From an uncultured virus (IMG/VR IMGVR_UViG_3300020048_000108) (lineage: Duplodnaviria; Heunggongvirae; Uroviricota; Caudoviricetes): DNA of 64,000 nt. The translations under genes and the position numbers were made by a program. Position 1 is the stretch's first letter, and each line of letters opens with the position of its first letter. The stretch lies in IMG/VR virus record IMGVR_UViG_3300020048_000108; one strand, 5' to 3'. Below the pieces are notes generated by a model. It saw nothing but the letters and a program-made list of their open reading frames with translations. It ran no database searches and had not been told where the DNA came from. Of this stretch, positions 52,739-60,455 are shown in pieces.

Positions 52739-52869
52739 ACTCCGGAAATTTTTTATGAAAGAGAGATATAGGTCGAAAAAGACATACAGTGTAGGTTAGG
52801 GACTTAAGGGTTTTATATACGCCGCCCGCCAGTATAACCAATCAGCATCAAAACACTGTCGAATCACGT

Positions 52870-52899
52870 ATTATAACACTGCAGTGCCCCCAGAGTCAA
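52870..52899 (-). promoter_or_regulatory. Sigma70 promoter with extended -10; the -35 lies in a hairpin loop
   Basis: TTGACT-18 nt-TATAAT preceded by TG; GTGCTCCTAG-TTGACT-CTGGGGGCAC. Confidence 0.6.
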
Positions 52900-52924
52900 C
52901 TAGGAGCACCACAGGTTGTATCAA

Positions 52925-53062
52925 TCAAGCAGCATCAAATACCTCTGCACAACTATCAATGCCCTCCTGTTCAATGTCGGCAACGATTGAATCCAGAATG
53001 GACAGAATCTCATTGCCGTTGTTACCTTGTGCCAGCAGGGAAAGAATGACAGACTTAGACAT
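52925..53062 (-). CDS. Small acidic hypothetical protein (45 aa)
   Basis: Manual translation MSKSVILSLLAQGNNGNEILSILDSIVADIEQEGIDSCAEVFDAA. Confidence 0.6.
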   Translation of the reverse strand: MSKSVILSLLAQGNNGNEILSILDSIVADIEQEGIDSCAEVFDAA

Positions 53063-53141
53063 AATAAAGAAGAAAGGAGTAGAGAACTGTGTGAACAATG
53101 AGTGTCTATTAGAGGGCGCATCTCATTCCCATTTGTGTGAA

Positions 53142-53417
53142 TCAGTCGCAGAGATCTTTCATCATCTCATTGATAGCAAGATCGTTAATCTTTGCCGAAT
53201 CCCACTTCACACCGTCACCAGTCATATAATGATCACAGTTCATCATACAGCGAATGAACTTCTCATAAGGGGTCTCATTCGCTGCACAATAGACTACACA
53301 TGCCTTGGCAGTGTTATAGAGAAACTCATCATTCTGCATCCAGAGAGCAACATTCCAGGTCTCATAGTTTGTCCACCCATTAACAGTTTCGGTGCGGGTT
53401 GCAGTTGCGTTTGTCAT
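53142..53417 (-). CDS. Conserved phage hypothetical protein (NGWTNYETW motif)
   Basis: Start re-assigned to MTNATAT, downstream of the repeat. Confidence 0.75.
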   Translation of the reverse strand: MTNATATRTETVNGWTNYETWNVALWMQNDEFLYNTAKACVVYCAANETPYEKFIRCMMNCDHYMTGDGVKWDSAKINDLAINEMMKDLCD

Positions 53418-53455
53418 GGTTTCGTTTGAGTGGTTTGGGATGTGGTGCTGGTCCC

Positions 53456-53485
53456 TACACCTAGGGGACACTTTGAAGGCCCCAG
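53456..53485 (-). repeat. 30-bp intergenic element, copy 1
   Basis: + strand tacacctaggggacactttgaaggccccag. Confidence 0.95.
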
Positions 53486-53513
53486 AGTAGATTATCTCTG
53501 GGGTTGTGATCGT

Positions 53514-53684
53514 TCAGACTGCCTTACTGATACGATCAAAGTCTAACCAAATGGCACGATCTGTTCCGATTGAAGTCTCAAAGTCCCAGACAAGATGTGT
53601 GGCATTCCTTCTATCAACACTGAAAGTCTCACAGATAGAATCTACTGCCTGACTGAAAGAAGTGAAACGTTTGATAGGAGTCAT
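53514..53684 (-). CDS. Hypothetical protein (56 aa)
   Basis: MTPIKRFTSF...; start re-assigned to avoid overlap with the upstream gene. Confidence 0.6.
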   Translation of the reverse strand: MTPIKRFTSFSQAVDSICETFSVDRRNATHLVWDFETSIGTDRAIWLDFDRISKAV

Positions 53685-53718
53685 TTTGAAGATTGTATGG
53701 ATGAATGTGTAAAGATTC

Positions 53719-54045
53719 TCAGGCAAGTCGCATTCCAGAGAAGAAAGGAATTGTGGAATACTCTGCACCCCACTTCGAACGCAGGAACCAAGTGTATGCC
53801 TTCTGAAATACACCTTCTCCTTCGATTCCGTGCACTTGAAGAATAGCATTCAGGCGGGACTTGGTGGTGTTTGACTGATACCCACCATCATAAAGACGAA
53901 TGAAACCCTCACCAACCTCTGCGATCTTGTTACCGTGCAAGTATACAAAACTCACACCGTTAATGTTAACAACTTCGGTGTTATCTTGCTTCCAATCAGT
54001 ACCGTTGGTGATAGCAGCATTCATCAGAACTTCGATCTTGCGCAT
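53719..54045 (-). CDS. Conserved phage hypothetical protein
   Basis: VYLHGNKIA, TTKSRLNAI motifs. Confidence 0.75.
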   Translation of the reverse strand: MRKIEVLMNAAITNGTDWKQDNTEVVNINGVSFVYLHGNKIAEVGEGFIRLYDGGYQSNTTKSRLNAILQVHGIEGEGVFQKAYTWFLRSKWGAEYSTIPFFSGMRLA

Positions 54046-54094
54046 GATGAGAATTGAGTGAGGTTTGAGTGACTTGGGGATTTTCGTTCTCCCC

Positions 54095-54124
54095 TACACC
54101 TAGAGGACACTTTGAAGGCCCCAG
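54095..54124 (-). repeat. 30-bp intergenic element, copy 2
   Basis: tacacctagaggacactttgaaggccccag. Confidence 0.95.
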
Positions 54125-54133
54125 GCATCTTTA

Positions 54134-54295
54134 TCAGTCCCGGTCGAACTCCTCAATGTATACTTCAACCCTCTCTGATGGTTCAAGGTTGAATAGTTTT
54201 TCAAAGTCAATATCGCGGGCATTGAAATCACTTTGCACATTAAGATCCAGAGTGATTCGTACATGTTGCTTGTGTGCAATCTGATAAGAAACCAT
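54134..54295 (-). CDS. Hypothetical protein (53 aa)
   Basis: MVSYQIAHKQHVRITLDL...; GGAGG RBS and a sigma70 promoter upstream. Confidence 0.65.
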   Translation of the reverse strand: MVSYQIAHKQHVRITLDLNVQSDFNARDIDFEKLFNLEPSERVEVYIEEFDRD

Positions 54296-54326
54296 GGGAA
54301 AGTCCTCCGTTTGTGTTGGTGAAAGT

Positions 54327-54355
54327 AGTCTAATATAGGGTGAGGTAGATGTCAA
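54327..54355 (-). promoter_or_regulatory. Sigma70 promoter
   Basis: TTGACA-17 nt-TAGACT. Confidence 0.7.
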
Positions 54356-54430
54356 GTACCTTGGGGGTATTTATGAGGGGTTGTAGGGGATTTTGGAGGG
54401 GTTCTGTGGGGGTTTTGTGACCATGGGGTA

Positions 54431-54459
54431 TTGACAGATTTGCAAAGTGACGTTATAAT
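54431..54459 (+). promoter_or_regulatory. Consensus sigma70 promoter firing into non-coding repeats
   Basis: TTGACA-17 nt-TATAAT exact. Confidence 0.75.
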
Positions 54460-54485
54460 GCATGCAAAGATCACAAGGTCTCGGA

Positions 54486-54600
54486 GGGTTTAAATGATTC
54501 AAAGAGACTTACACCTGGGGGTTTAAATGATTCAAAGAGACTTGCTAACCTCAAGGGTTATAAGCATTCAAAGAGACTTGCTAACCTCAAGGGTTATAAG
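54486..54600 (+). repeat. Tandem 25-bp repeats, period 33-36 bp (3 full, 1 partial)
   Basis: gggtttaaatgattcaaagagactt at 54486 and 54519; gggttataagcattcaaagagactt at 54555; gggttataag at 54591. Confidence 0.9.
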
Positions 54601-54675
54601 AGTTTTCCACAACTATCTAAAACACTCATATACATTAATTAATACATTTATAATCGTTTTTTATTGTTTTTTACC

Positions 54676-54990
54676 TTATTTTGATGGTAAATGATGTTGT
54701 ATCATCTCAATCCACTGATCTACCCATTCCTTGGATGCAGTAAACTTGATGGTTCTATTGTATTTCTTTTGTCCTCCAATGTGAGTATAAACATCAACTG
54801 AAACATTGCGAGAATCTGATTCATCAACCTGGTATGCACCAAGGACTAACAAATGATTGAAACTATCAACTTGTGCAATAATGGCAGATCCAGATTCGTT
54901 CGATTCAATATCCAGACTCCAAGGATTAGAGACAGGAGAGACTGCAATCCGATCAGTAACTGAGAGAGTAGTGTAACTAGTCATCATCAT
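54676..54990 (-). CDS. Hypothetical protein
   Basis: 104 aa ORF. Confidence 0.65.
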   Translation of the reverse strand: MMMTSYTTLSVTDRIAVSPVSNPWSLDIESNESGSAIIAQVDSFNHLLVLGAYQVDESDSRNVSVDVYTHIGGQKKYNRTIKFTASKEWVDQWIEMIQHHLPSK

Positions 54991-55004
54991 TTTGTGGTTT
55001 TTGA

Positions 55005-55207
55005 TTAGTTAAAACGTGATGCGAAAACTTGTGCATCTTTTTGTTTTTTGAAAGAGCGAAACTCTTTCGTTACCCAATAGCAATCACCTCGCAGAGTGTT
55101 TTCTTTGTAACAATCAACTTGAACATTCCAACCATTTTCAGACTTTCTAACCCAGACTTNNNNNNNNNNACTTTAACATCACCGAGAGTTGGAAGAATGT
55201 AAGTCAT
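55005..55207 (-). CDS. Hypothetical protein spanning an N gap
   Basis: MTYILPTLGDVK/VWVRKSENGW...FASRFN; AAGT is duplicated across the gap; AAGGAG RBS. Confidence 0.55.
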
Positions 55208-55231
55208 TTTGTGGCGAACTCCTTTGACTCT

Positions 55232-55435
55232 TTAAGAATAGCAGGTTTCAGACGCTGTGCTCATTTTGTGTGCCACCTTCTCAACTGGCACAGAGTAACG
55301 TTCTTTATACTGAATCATGTAATCTAGCAGTTCTCCAATATTCTTACGAACGTACTCATTGCGAAGTCCGGCATAATCATAAGCATCGTACAGTTTATGA
55401 TACATTTCATCCCATTCTGTTTGAGTCATATTCAA
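55232..55435 (-). CDS. Hypothetical protein
   Basis: 67 aa ORF; 3' end overlaps a promoter box. Confidence 0.55.
   Translation of the reverse strand: MNMTQTEWDEMYHKLYDAYDYAGLRNEYVRKNIGELLDYMIQYKERYSVPVEKVAHKMSTASETCYS
55235..55291 (-). promoter_or_regulatory. Palindromic-box promoter (box 55270-55291, TATTCT 55235-55240)
   Basis: gtgccaccttctcaactggcac 29 bp from agaata. Confidence 0.75.
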
Positions 55436-55656
55436 ACCACCACATATTCAAGAGTTTGAATACACCAACCAGTTTCGTCAGTGATCATATCTGCAAGATA
55501 CTCTAGAAAGTCTTCTTCATATTCAAAATCTTCTTCACATTCGTATACCTTACCAATCGTTTCGTTTGTGAGTTCAACCTGATAAGATTCGGGCAAAACT
55601 TCATTCTCATCATCACACTCGAAGTCATACTCAATATCAGTGATTTGAACTTTCAT
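55432..55656 (-). CDS. Very acidic hypothetical protein
   Basis: 74 aa, D/E-rich. Confidence 0.7.
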   Translation of the reverse strand: MKVQITDIEYDFECDDENEVLPESYQVELTNETIGKVYECEEDFEYEEDFLEYLADMITDETGWCIQTLEYVVV

Positions 55657-55688
55657 GATTGTTTGTTTGATGAAGTTGTGGAAGTTAA

Positions 55689-55877
55689 TCAGGCAGCACA
55701 GAAGGCAGAAGTATAATCTACTTCGCGAATCTCCATCAGAGCATAATCATAATCATTCTCAAGTTCCTCGCGGTAGGCATCAGCAGCAGACTTGCAATCG
55801 AACAGGCGCAGAGTATCGAACTCTGACCCGTCGTACTCATAACCACCGATCACAGCGTAGACTTGCATTTTGAACAT
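55689..55877 (-). CDS. Acidic hypothetical protein
   Basis: MFKMQVYAVIGG...; start re-assigned downstream of the repeat. Confidence 0.7.
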   Translation of the reverse strand: MFKMQVYAVIGGYEYDGSEFDTLRLFDCKSAADAYREELENDYDYALMEIREVDYTSAFCAA

Positions 55878-55900
55878 TTTGGAGTTTTGCGTTGTGTCCC

Positions 55901-55930
55901 TACACCTAGGAGACACTTTGAAGGCCCCAG
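55901..55930 (-). repeat. 30-bp intergenic element, copy 3
   Basis: tacacctaggagacactttgaaggccccag. Confidence 0.95.
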
Positions 55931-55939
55931 GCATCTTTA

Positions 55940-56125
55940 TCAGATCAAGGTGGGGAATGGTTGTAGAAATACCCATTCATACTCTCCGTCTTCTGGATCT
56001 ACCCCATCGACAACAAACTCGGAATAGATTGCATCTGATGTGGCATAATCTTTGAGAGATACAAAATACATACAACGCTCCATGAACGTATCAGTCAGGG
56101 CATCAATCAGTTGTTGTTTTTGCAT
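55940..56125 (-). CDS. Hypothetical protein
   Basis: 61 aa ORF. Confidence 0.65.
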   Translation of the reverse strand: MQKQQLIDALTDTFMERCMYFVSLKDYATSDAIYSEFVVDGVDPEDGEYEWVFLQPFPTLI

Positions 56126-56163
56126 AATGAAGAAAGTGAATTGAATGAATAGAAAAATGAACT

Positions 56164-56592
56164 TTAGAAAGTGCTAGAGAATACGAAACCATCTACGAAA
56201 TCAAAATCATACTTAAGATTCTGATTCCAGGTTGCTTCCCAATCAATCACCAGACCTGCAGGAAGACTATCATAACCATACACACTCTCATAGTATTCTT
56301 CGGCAAAGGTTTCTTCATCAATGTATGAACCTTGATAAGCATGTCTTACGTTCTCAACATAACCCATATTGCCGTGATAGTTAACGAATGCATCGACAAC
56401 ATCGTAACCAAGATCCTCACCAACGCAGACGTATTCTTCATAATAGGCAATGAAATCATCTTCGGAGTGCAGATCAATGAACTCCAGAATGCATCCAAGA
56501 TCATAAGAATCTTCTTCGATCAGTTGTTGAATCTTCTCTAGAGTTTCCAGAGCAAACACTTCTTTGTAGTTAGCAGTCAGAGTGACGGTCAT
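56164..56592 (-). CDS. ardA: ArdA-like antirestriction (DNA-mimic) protein
   Basis: Highly acidic; C-terminal YQGSYIDEETFAEEY...IDWEATW...DFDFVDGFVF resembles the ArdA C-terminal pattern. Confidence 0.7.
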   Translation of the reverse strand: MTVTLTANYKEVFALETLEKIQQLIEEDSYDLGCILEFIDLHSEDDFIAYYEEYVCVGEDLGYDVVDAFVNYHGNMGYVENVRHAYQGSYIDEETFAEEYYESVYGYDSLPAGLVIDWEATWNQNLKYDFDFVDGFVFSSTF

Positions 56593-56630
56593 TGGTGTAA
56601 TGAATGAGTTTGAAATTGGACTTGAAAAGA

Positions 56631-56870
56631 CTATACAGTAACAGCAGACTTGCCGAAGGTACGAATCAACATCTCTTGAAACTTTTGCTTGTTACCATTC
56701 TCCCAGCGGAGAAGATCTTCGGCAATAAGTGCATCATGAAACTGTTGAGTTTCCATCATCGACAGACCAGGATAGGCACGAGCATTCTTAATACAATCGG
56801 CAGTGTAGTTCAACTGAAACTCAATACCTGCGTCGGTCGAATCTTTCACGAAGGAGTAATCTTTTTGCAT
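56631..56870 (-). CDS. Hypothetical protein
   Basis: MQKDYSFV...; start 20 nt downstream of repeat copy 4. Confidence 0.65.
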   Translation of the reverse strand: MQKDYSFVKDSTDAGIEFQLNYTADCIKNARAYPGLSMMETQQFHDALIAEDLLRWENGNKQKFQEMLIRTFGKSAVTV

Positions 56871-56890
56871 TGTGGTTTCGTTTGTGTCCT

Positions 56891-56920
56891 TACACCTAGG
56901 GGACACTTTGAAGGCCCCAG
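56891..56920 (-). repeat. 30-bp intergenic element, copy 4
   Basis: tacacctaggggacactttgaaggccccag. Confidence 0.95.
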
Positions 56921-56932
56921 GTTAGATTATCA

Positions 56933-57109
56933 TCACAAAGGAAGTTTGCCTAGTGGTTTGCCTTTCTTGTGTGCTTCAATGTAATTTCGTGCTGATGATT
57001 CGGTCCTGCAAAGTTTATCAAGTTGCTGACCATTGTGTATGATAAGATACTGATTTGCATACAAGATTCCTGCATATTCGCCATTATTCACTATGAATCC
57101 TTTCTTCAT
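56933..57109 (-). CDS. Hypothetical protein (58 aa)
   Basis: Manual translation MKKGFIVNNGEYAGILYANQYLIIHNGQQLDKLCRTESSARNYIEAHKKGKPLGKLPL. Confidence 0.6.
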   Translation of the reverse strand: MKKGFIVNNGEYAGILYANQYLIIHNGQQLDKLCRTESSARNYIEAHKKGKPLGKLPL

Positions 57110-57196
57110 TTTTACACTTTCAAAAAAACAGGTGATTTTATTTGACTGGACGACCTTTCATACGGATGGGGCAAAAATCGCAGAAAATCACGTTTT

Positions 57197-57219
57197 GACC
57201 CCAGTGGTGGACTGGGGTC
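57197..57219. other. Perfect 9-bp hairpin downstream of the helicase gene
   Basis: GACCCCAGT-GGTGG-ACTGGGGTC. Confidence 0.7.
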
Positions 57220-57230
57220 TCGTGTGAGAC

Positions 57231-58475
57231 TCACCTGCGAACGGTGCTGATAGCAGGTTCGCCCTCAACAAAAATTGTATTAACAACCGACTCAACTGCG
57301 CTGGCAGTAGCTACACCAACCTTGCTGTACACTGGAATACAAACCAGACCGAACGATTTGGTATAGGAACTCAAATCGCCTGGTTGAATAGCACCAGACT
57401 GCAACTTGGCAGCATCATCATGATGCAAACGAATGACTCGTCCAATAGTCTGCGAGATGGAAATAAAGTCCATGTTTCGCATAAACAATACTGCCTCAAG
57501 TCCTGACACATTGATACCCTCACTCAAAATGCTGTGATGTAGAACAACAAACTTCTTTGAGTTATCCTTACCCCATGCAGATAGGGTATCAAAAAAGACT
57601 TCACGATTGACTTTCTGACCATCAATAACCGCACCAGTCTTGGCAGTAATGTACATCCAAGAGTATCCACGTTGATTGAGTTTGGAGCAGAAATCAGTTT
57701 GTGATACCAGTGCCACGATTTGCTTTGTCGTCTTTGCACAGATCAGAATCTTGCCGACAGAGTTCTCATCAATCGTTTCCAGAAGATTCTCTGAATCACG
57801 ATCGAAGTTAGTCTGCTTTCCGACTAACATTGGCAGTTGCTTGACTACAACTTTAGGGGGCACAATATACCCACCAGCAACTAGTTCAGGAGCAGCAACT
57901 TTGCAGATAACCTGACCATAAACCTCAACATCATTCATTCCAGGTTTACCCACTGCCAGACTATGTTTAGGAGTTGCCGTCAGGAAGAAACAACGATTTG
58001 CATCCGCAGAAAAATACTCTGTTGCAGGAAAGAAGTTACGTTTGACGCTATTATGTGCCTCATCAAAGTAGATCGTATCCACATCAATCTCGGCATCTTG
58101 AAGACGCGAAAGAGAGTTGTAGGTGGTAAAGATAATTTTGTGTGAGGACTTGTGATTCTCTACCCACTGACGAATTACAAGAGGACGAGTAGAAGATTCG
58201 TGATGCGTTTCTCCACTGTGAACGTGAAAGACTTCAGCATTGATGATAAACTCCAGAAACTCGCTAGAGAGTTGCTCTGCAAGCAGAATGCGAGGAGCAA
58301 CAACAACAACCGTGTGAGGAGTTTCTGATTGAAACTGCCGAAGAGCATCATAGATCATCTTGAGAGTCTTTCCACCCCCAGTAGGAACAATCAGTTGACC
58401 CTTATCATACTTCTGCATTGCAGAAATACCACGTTGTTGATGCGGACGAAGTTGAGTTTGCATGAGATTCATCAT
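57231..58475 (-). CDS. Superfamily 2 DEAH helicase (type III restriction Res-like); start may be 58463
   Basis: LRPHQ, PTGGGKT, DEAH, TATP, SEGINV, QTIGRVIR; no nuclease domain visible. Confidence 0.88.
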   Translation of the reverse strand: MMNLMQTQLRPHQQRGISAMQKYDKGQLIVPTGGGKTLKMIYDALRQFQSETPHTVVVVAPRILLAEQLSSEFLEFIINAEVFHVHSGETHHESSTRPLVIRQWVENHKSSHKIIFTTYNSLSRLQDAEIDVDTIYFDEAHNSVKRNFFPATEYFSADANRCFFLTATPKHSLAVGKPGMNDVEVYGQVICKVAAPELVAGGYIVPPKVVVKQLPMLVGKQTNFDRDSENLLETIDENSVGKILICAKTTKQIVALVSQTDFCSKLNQRGYSWMYITAKTGAVIDGQKVNREVFFDTLSAWGKDNSKKFVVLHHSILSEGINVSGLEAVLFMRNMDFISISQTIGRVIRLHHDDAAKLQSGAIQPGDLSSYTKSFGLVCIPVYSKVGVATASAVESVVNTIFVEGEPAISTVRR

Positions 58476-58504
58476 CTAACAAGAGAACAATTTAAAGGAC
58501 CCAG
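58475..58504 (-). repeat. 30-bp intergenic element, degenerate copy 5 (21/30 identity)
   Basis: tctaacaagagaacaatttaaaggacccag, same position relative to the flanking stop and start. Confidence 0.65.
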
Positions 58505-58506
58505 AT

Positions 58507-58668
58507 TCAGTTACCATTCAGAAAGTCGTGAATTGCTTCCTGATACTCTTCAAAGGTCGCGTAACGATTCTGAAGATGTTTGGGAACTTCCTTACAGATA
58601 GGACGATTACATTCTGCAATCGTGTATCCTTTCTGTTGAACGTAGTCAGTATAAACGGATTGAGTCAT
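58507..58668 (-). CDS. Hypothetical protein (53 aa)
   Basis: MTQSVYTDYV... Confidence 0.6.
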   Translation of the reverse strand: MTQSVYTDYVQQKGYTIAECNRPICKEVPKHLQNRYATFEEYQEAIHDFLNGN

Positions 58669-58675
58669 TTTGAGA

Positions 58676-58828
58676 TTAACGATAGTAGGCACAAGAAACC
58701 CAGGAAGGAATACCAGCAGCATCAAGATTAGAGTTGATACGATCTACCTCTCTCTCTGCAACTTCCTCATCATGAGTTTCATAAAGAAGTTCGGCATTGC
58801 CGTCTTGAGTCTGATAAATGTGGAACAT
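58676..58828 (-). CDS. Hypothetical protein (50 aa)
   Basis: MFHIYQTQDG...; start 20 nt downstream of repeat copy 6. Confidence 0.6.
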   Translation of the reverse strand: MFHIYQTQDGNAELLYETHDEEVAEREVDRINSNLDAAGIPSWVSCAYYR

Positions 58829-58848
58829 TTTGAGTCGGTTTATGTCCT

Positions 58849-58878
58849 TACACCTAGGAGACACTTTGAAGGCCCCAG
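58849..58878 (-). repeat. 30-bp intergenic element, copy 6
   Basis: tacacctaggagacactttgaaggccccag. Confidence 0.95.
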
Positions 58879-58890
58879 GTTAGATTATCC

Positions 58891-59154
58891 CTACCACGTT
58901 CCACGTTGTACATGAATCTTGCGAATCTCTCCATAAATGAACTTTTTAAGTTTCTCGTCTGTGGTATTATCAAAGGCATAATGCAGGCGATTTAGGTAAT
59001 CATCCTGTGTGGCACATTTGACTACTTTTGAGTTTGTCATTCCGATTTCATTGAGTGACGAACCTGCTTTCCTTCGTGGTTGGGAGATTGCACCAGATGT
59101 TCTAAACTTGGTAGAAATCTTTGAGAGATTGGATGTTGCAAAATCAAGTTTCAT
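58891..59154 (-). CDS. Hypothetical protein
   Basis: 87 aa basic ORF. Confidence 0.65.
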   Translation of the reverse strand: MKLDFATSNLSKISTKFRTSGAISQPRRKAGSSLNEIGMTNSKVVKCATQDDYLNRLHYAFDNTTDEKLKKFIYGEIRKIHVQRGTW

Positions 59155-59192
59155 AAAGGATAAATAATAGGTAACTTTGGTTTAATTTTCTA

Positions 59193-59912
59193 ATGATACA
59201 TAAACATCACCTTATTCCTAAACATAGAGGTGGAAGCGATGATCCATCAAATCTTGTAAAAGTTACACCAACTCAACACGCTATGTTTCATTATTGTGAA
59301 TGGAGATTGTGGGGAAGTCATAAAGATTTTTGTGCTTACAAAATGATTTTGGGTGATGTTAAAAATCCAGAGTTTAGGAGAGCAAGAAATGAAGCATTTA
59401 AGGAGATTATTTTAGAAGGTGGAAGAAAATGGAGAGAGAATAATCCAGATAAAGTTAGAGAAAATGGAATGAAAGGAAATAAATCTCAAAGGGAAAAACT
59501 TAAGAAATACAATAGAGAAATCGCACAACAAAAGTGGGAAGTTATAACACCAAATGGAGAGATAATAATCATAGAGAACATAGCAAAGTTTTGTTTAGAA
59601 AACAATTTGCAAAAATCAAAAATGACTTTAGTATCACAAGGACAAAGAAAACATCATAAAGGTTACAAATGTCGTAAGATAACTGGAAATGTTAATGAAT
59701 ATGATGGTGAATTGTCTTTATTTGAGTGGGAAATAACAACACCAAATAATGAAGTTTTTGTTGTAGAAAACTTAAAGACTTTTTGTGTTGAAAATAATCT
59801 TAAAGAAGGAATGGTGTATAGAGTTGGAAGAGGAGAAAGAAAACACCATAAAGGTTATAGAGTTAGAAAAGTTGTTAAACAGGTTAAAAACTATTTGGAT
59901 AGGTTGGAGTAA
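59193..59912 (+). CDS. HNH homing endonuclease with duplicated C-terminal DNA-binding modules
   Basis: HHLIPKHRGGSDDPSNLVKVTPTQHAMFH; two WEIxTPN...FCxENNL...RKHHKGY repeats; TAAATA at 59161-59166 upstream. Confidence 0.85.
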   Translation: MIHKHHLIPKHRGGSDDPSNLVKVTPTQHAMFHYCEWRLWGSHKDFCAYKMILGDVKNPEFRRARNEAFKEIILEGGRKWRENNPDKVRENGMKGNKSQREKLKKYNREIAQQKWEVITPNGEIIIIENIAKFCLENNLQKSKMTLVSQGQRKHHKGYKCRKITGNVNEYDGELSLFEWEITTPNNEVFVVENLKTFCVENNLKEGMVYRVGRGERKHHKGYRVRKVVKQVKNYLDRLE

Positions 59913-59918
59913 GTCATT

Positions 59919-60152
59919 TCAGTTACTTTCAGCAATTTGGTTGAGAACGTTACGGGCAAACTTCATAAAACCATAGGCAGTCACAGCACCACAAGGACCA
60001 CTATAACCAGTGCTAATTTCATAACTATCAAGCAAATCTGAACCATTGTAAGTATTCACAATCAGCAGACAAGCATCATACAATGCTGCTTGATGTTCTT
60101 CTTTTGAGTGAAACTGAATTGCGTTGTAACCAGTAGGAAGAGTCATAATCAA
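59919..60152 (-). CDS. Hypothetical protein
   Basis: 77 aa ORF. Confidence 0.6.
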   Translation of the reverse strand: MIMTLPTGYNAIQFHSKEEHQAALYDACLLIVNTYNGSDLLDSYEISTGYSGPCGAVTAYGFMKFARNVLNQIAESN

Positions 60153-60430
60153 ACTAGATTAAGTTGAGGAGCAGGTTGAACAGAAAAGGTGCCGATTCTG
60201 TCGCAAGTGATAGAAACAGTATCATAAGGAGCACCGATTTCATCTACCACTTCCCAGTAATCTTCACCCTCTTCAATTACAGCATAACCGAAAGTTCCGG
60301 CATTTGAGAGTTGATCAAGACCACAACGTTCTGCTTGTCGTTGTGTGGAGAATCGCTCTTTACGATTCCACCAACCGTTTCGGGCAACATCATCAGAAGG
60401 TCCGAAAGTGATGCAGATAAAGTCAGTCAT
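60149..60430 (-). CDS. Hypothetical protein
   Basis: 93 aa ORF starting 25 nt downstream of repeat copy 7. Confidence 0.7.
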   Translation of the reverse strand: MTDFICITFGPSDDVARNGWWNRKERFSTQRQAERCGLDQLSNAGTFGYAVIEEGEDYWEVVDEIGAPYDTVSITCDRIGTFSVQPAPQLNLV

Positions 60431-60455
60431 TTAAAGTCGGTTTGAGTTTGATCCT

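Noticed and set aside
54486..54600. Promoter plus repeats as a mini-CRISPR array
   Set aside because: Spacers are only 8-11 nt and two are identical.
53418..58864. Shared N-terminal 'MSPRC' peptide in several ORF-track proteins
   Set aside because: It is the translation of the 30-bp element from an internal GTG; better ATG starts lie downstream, and the frame is not kept in all copies.
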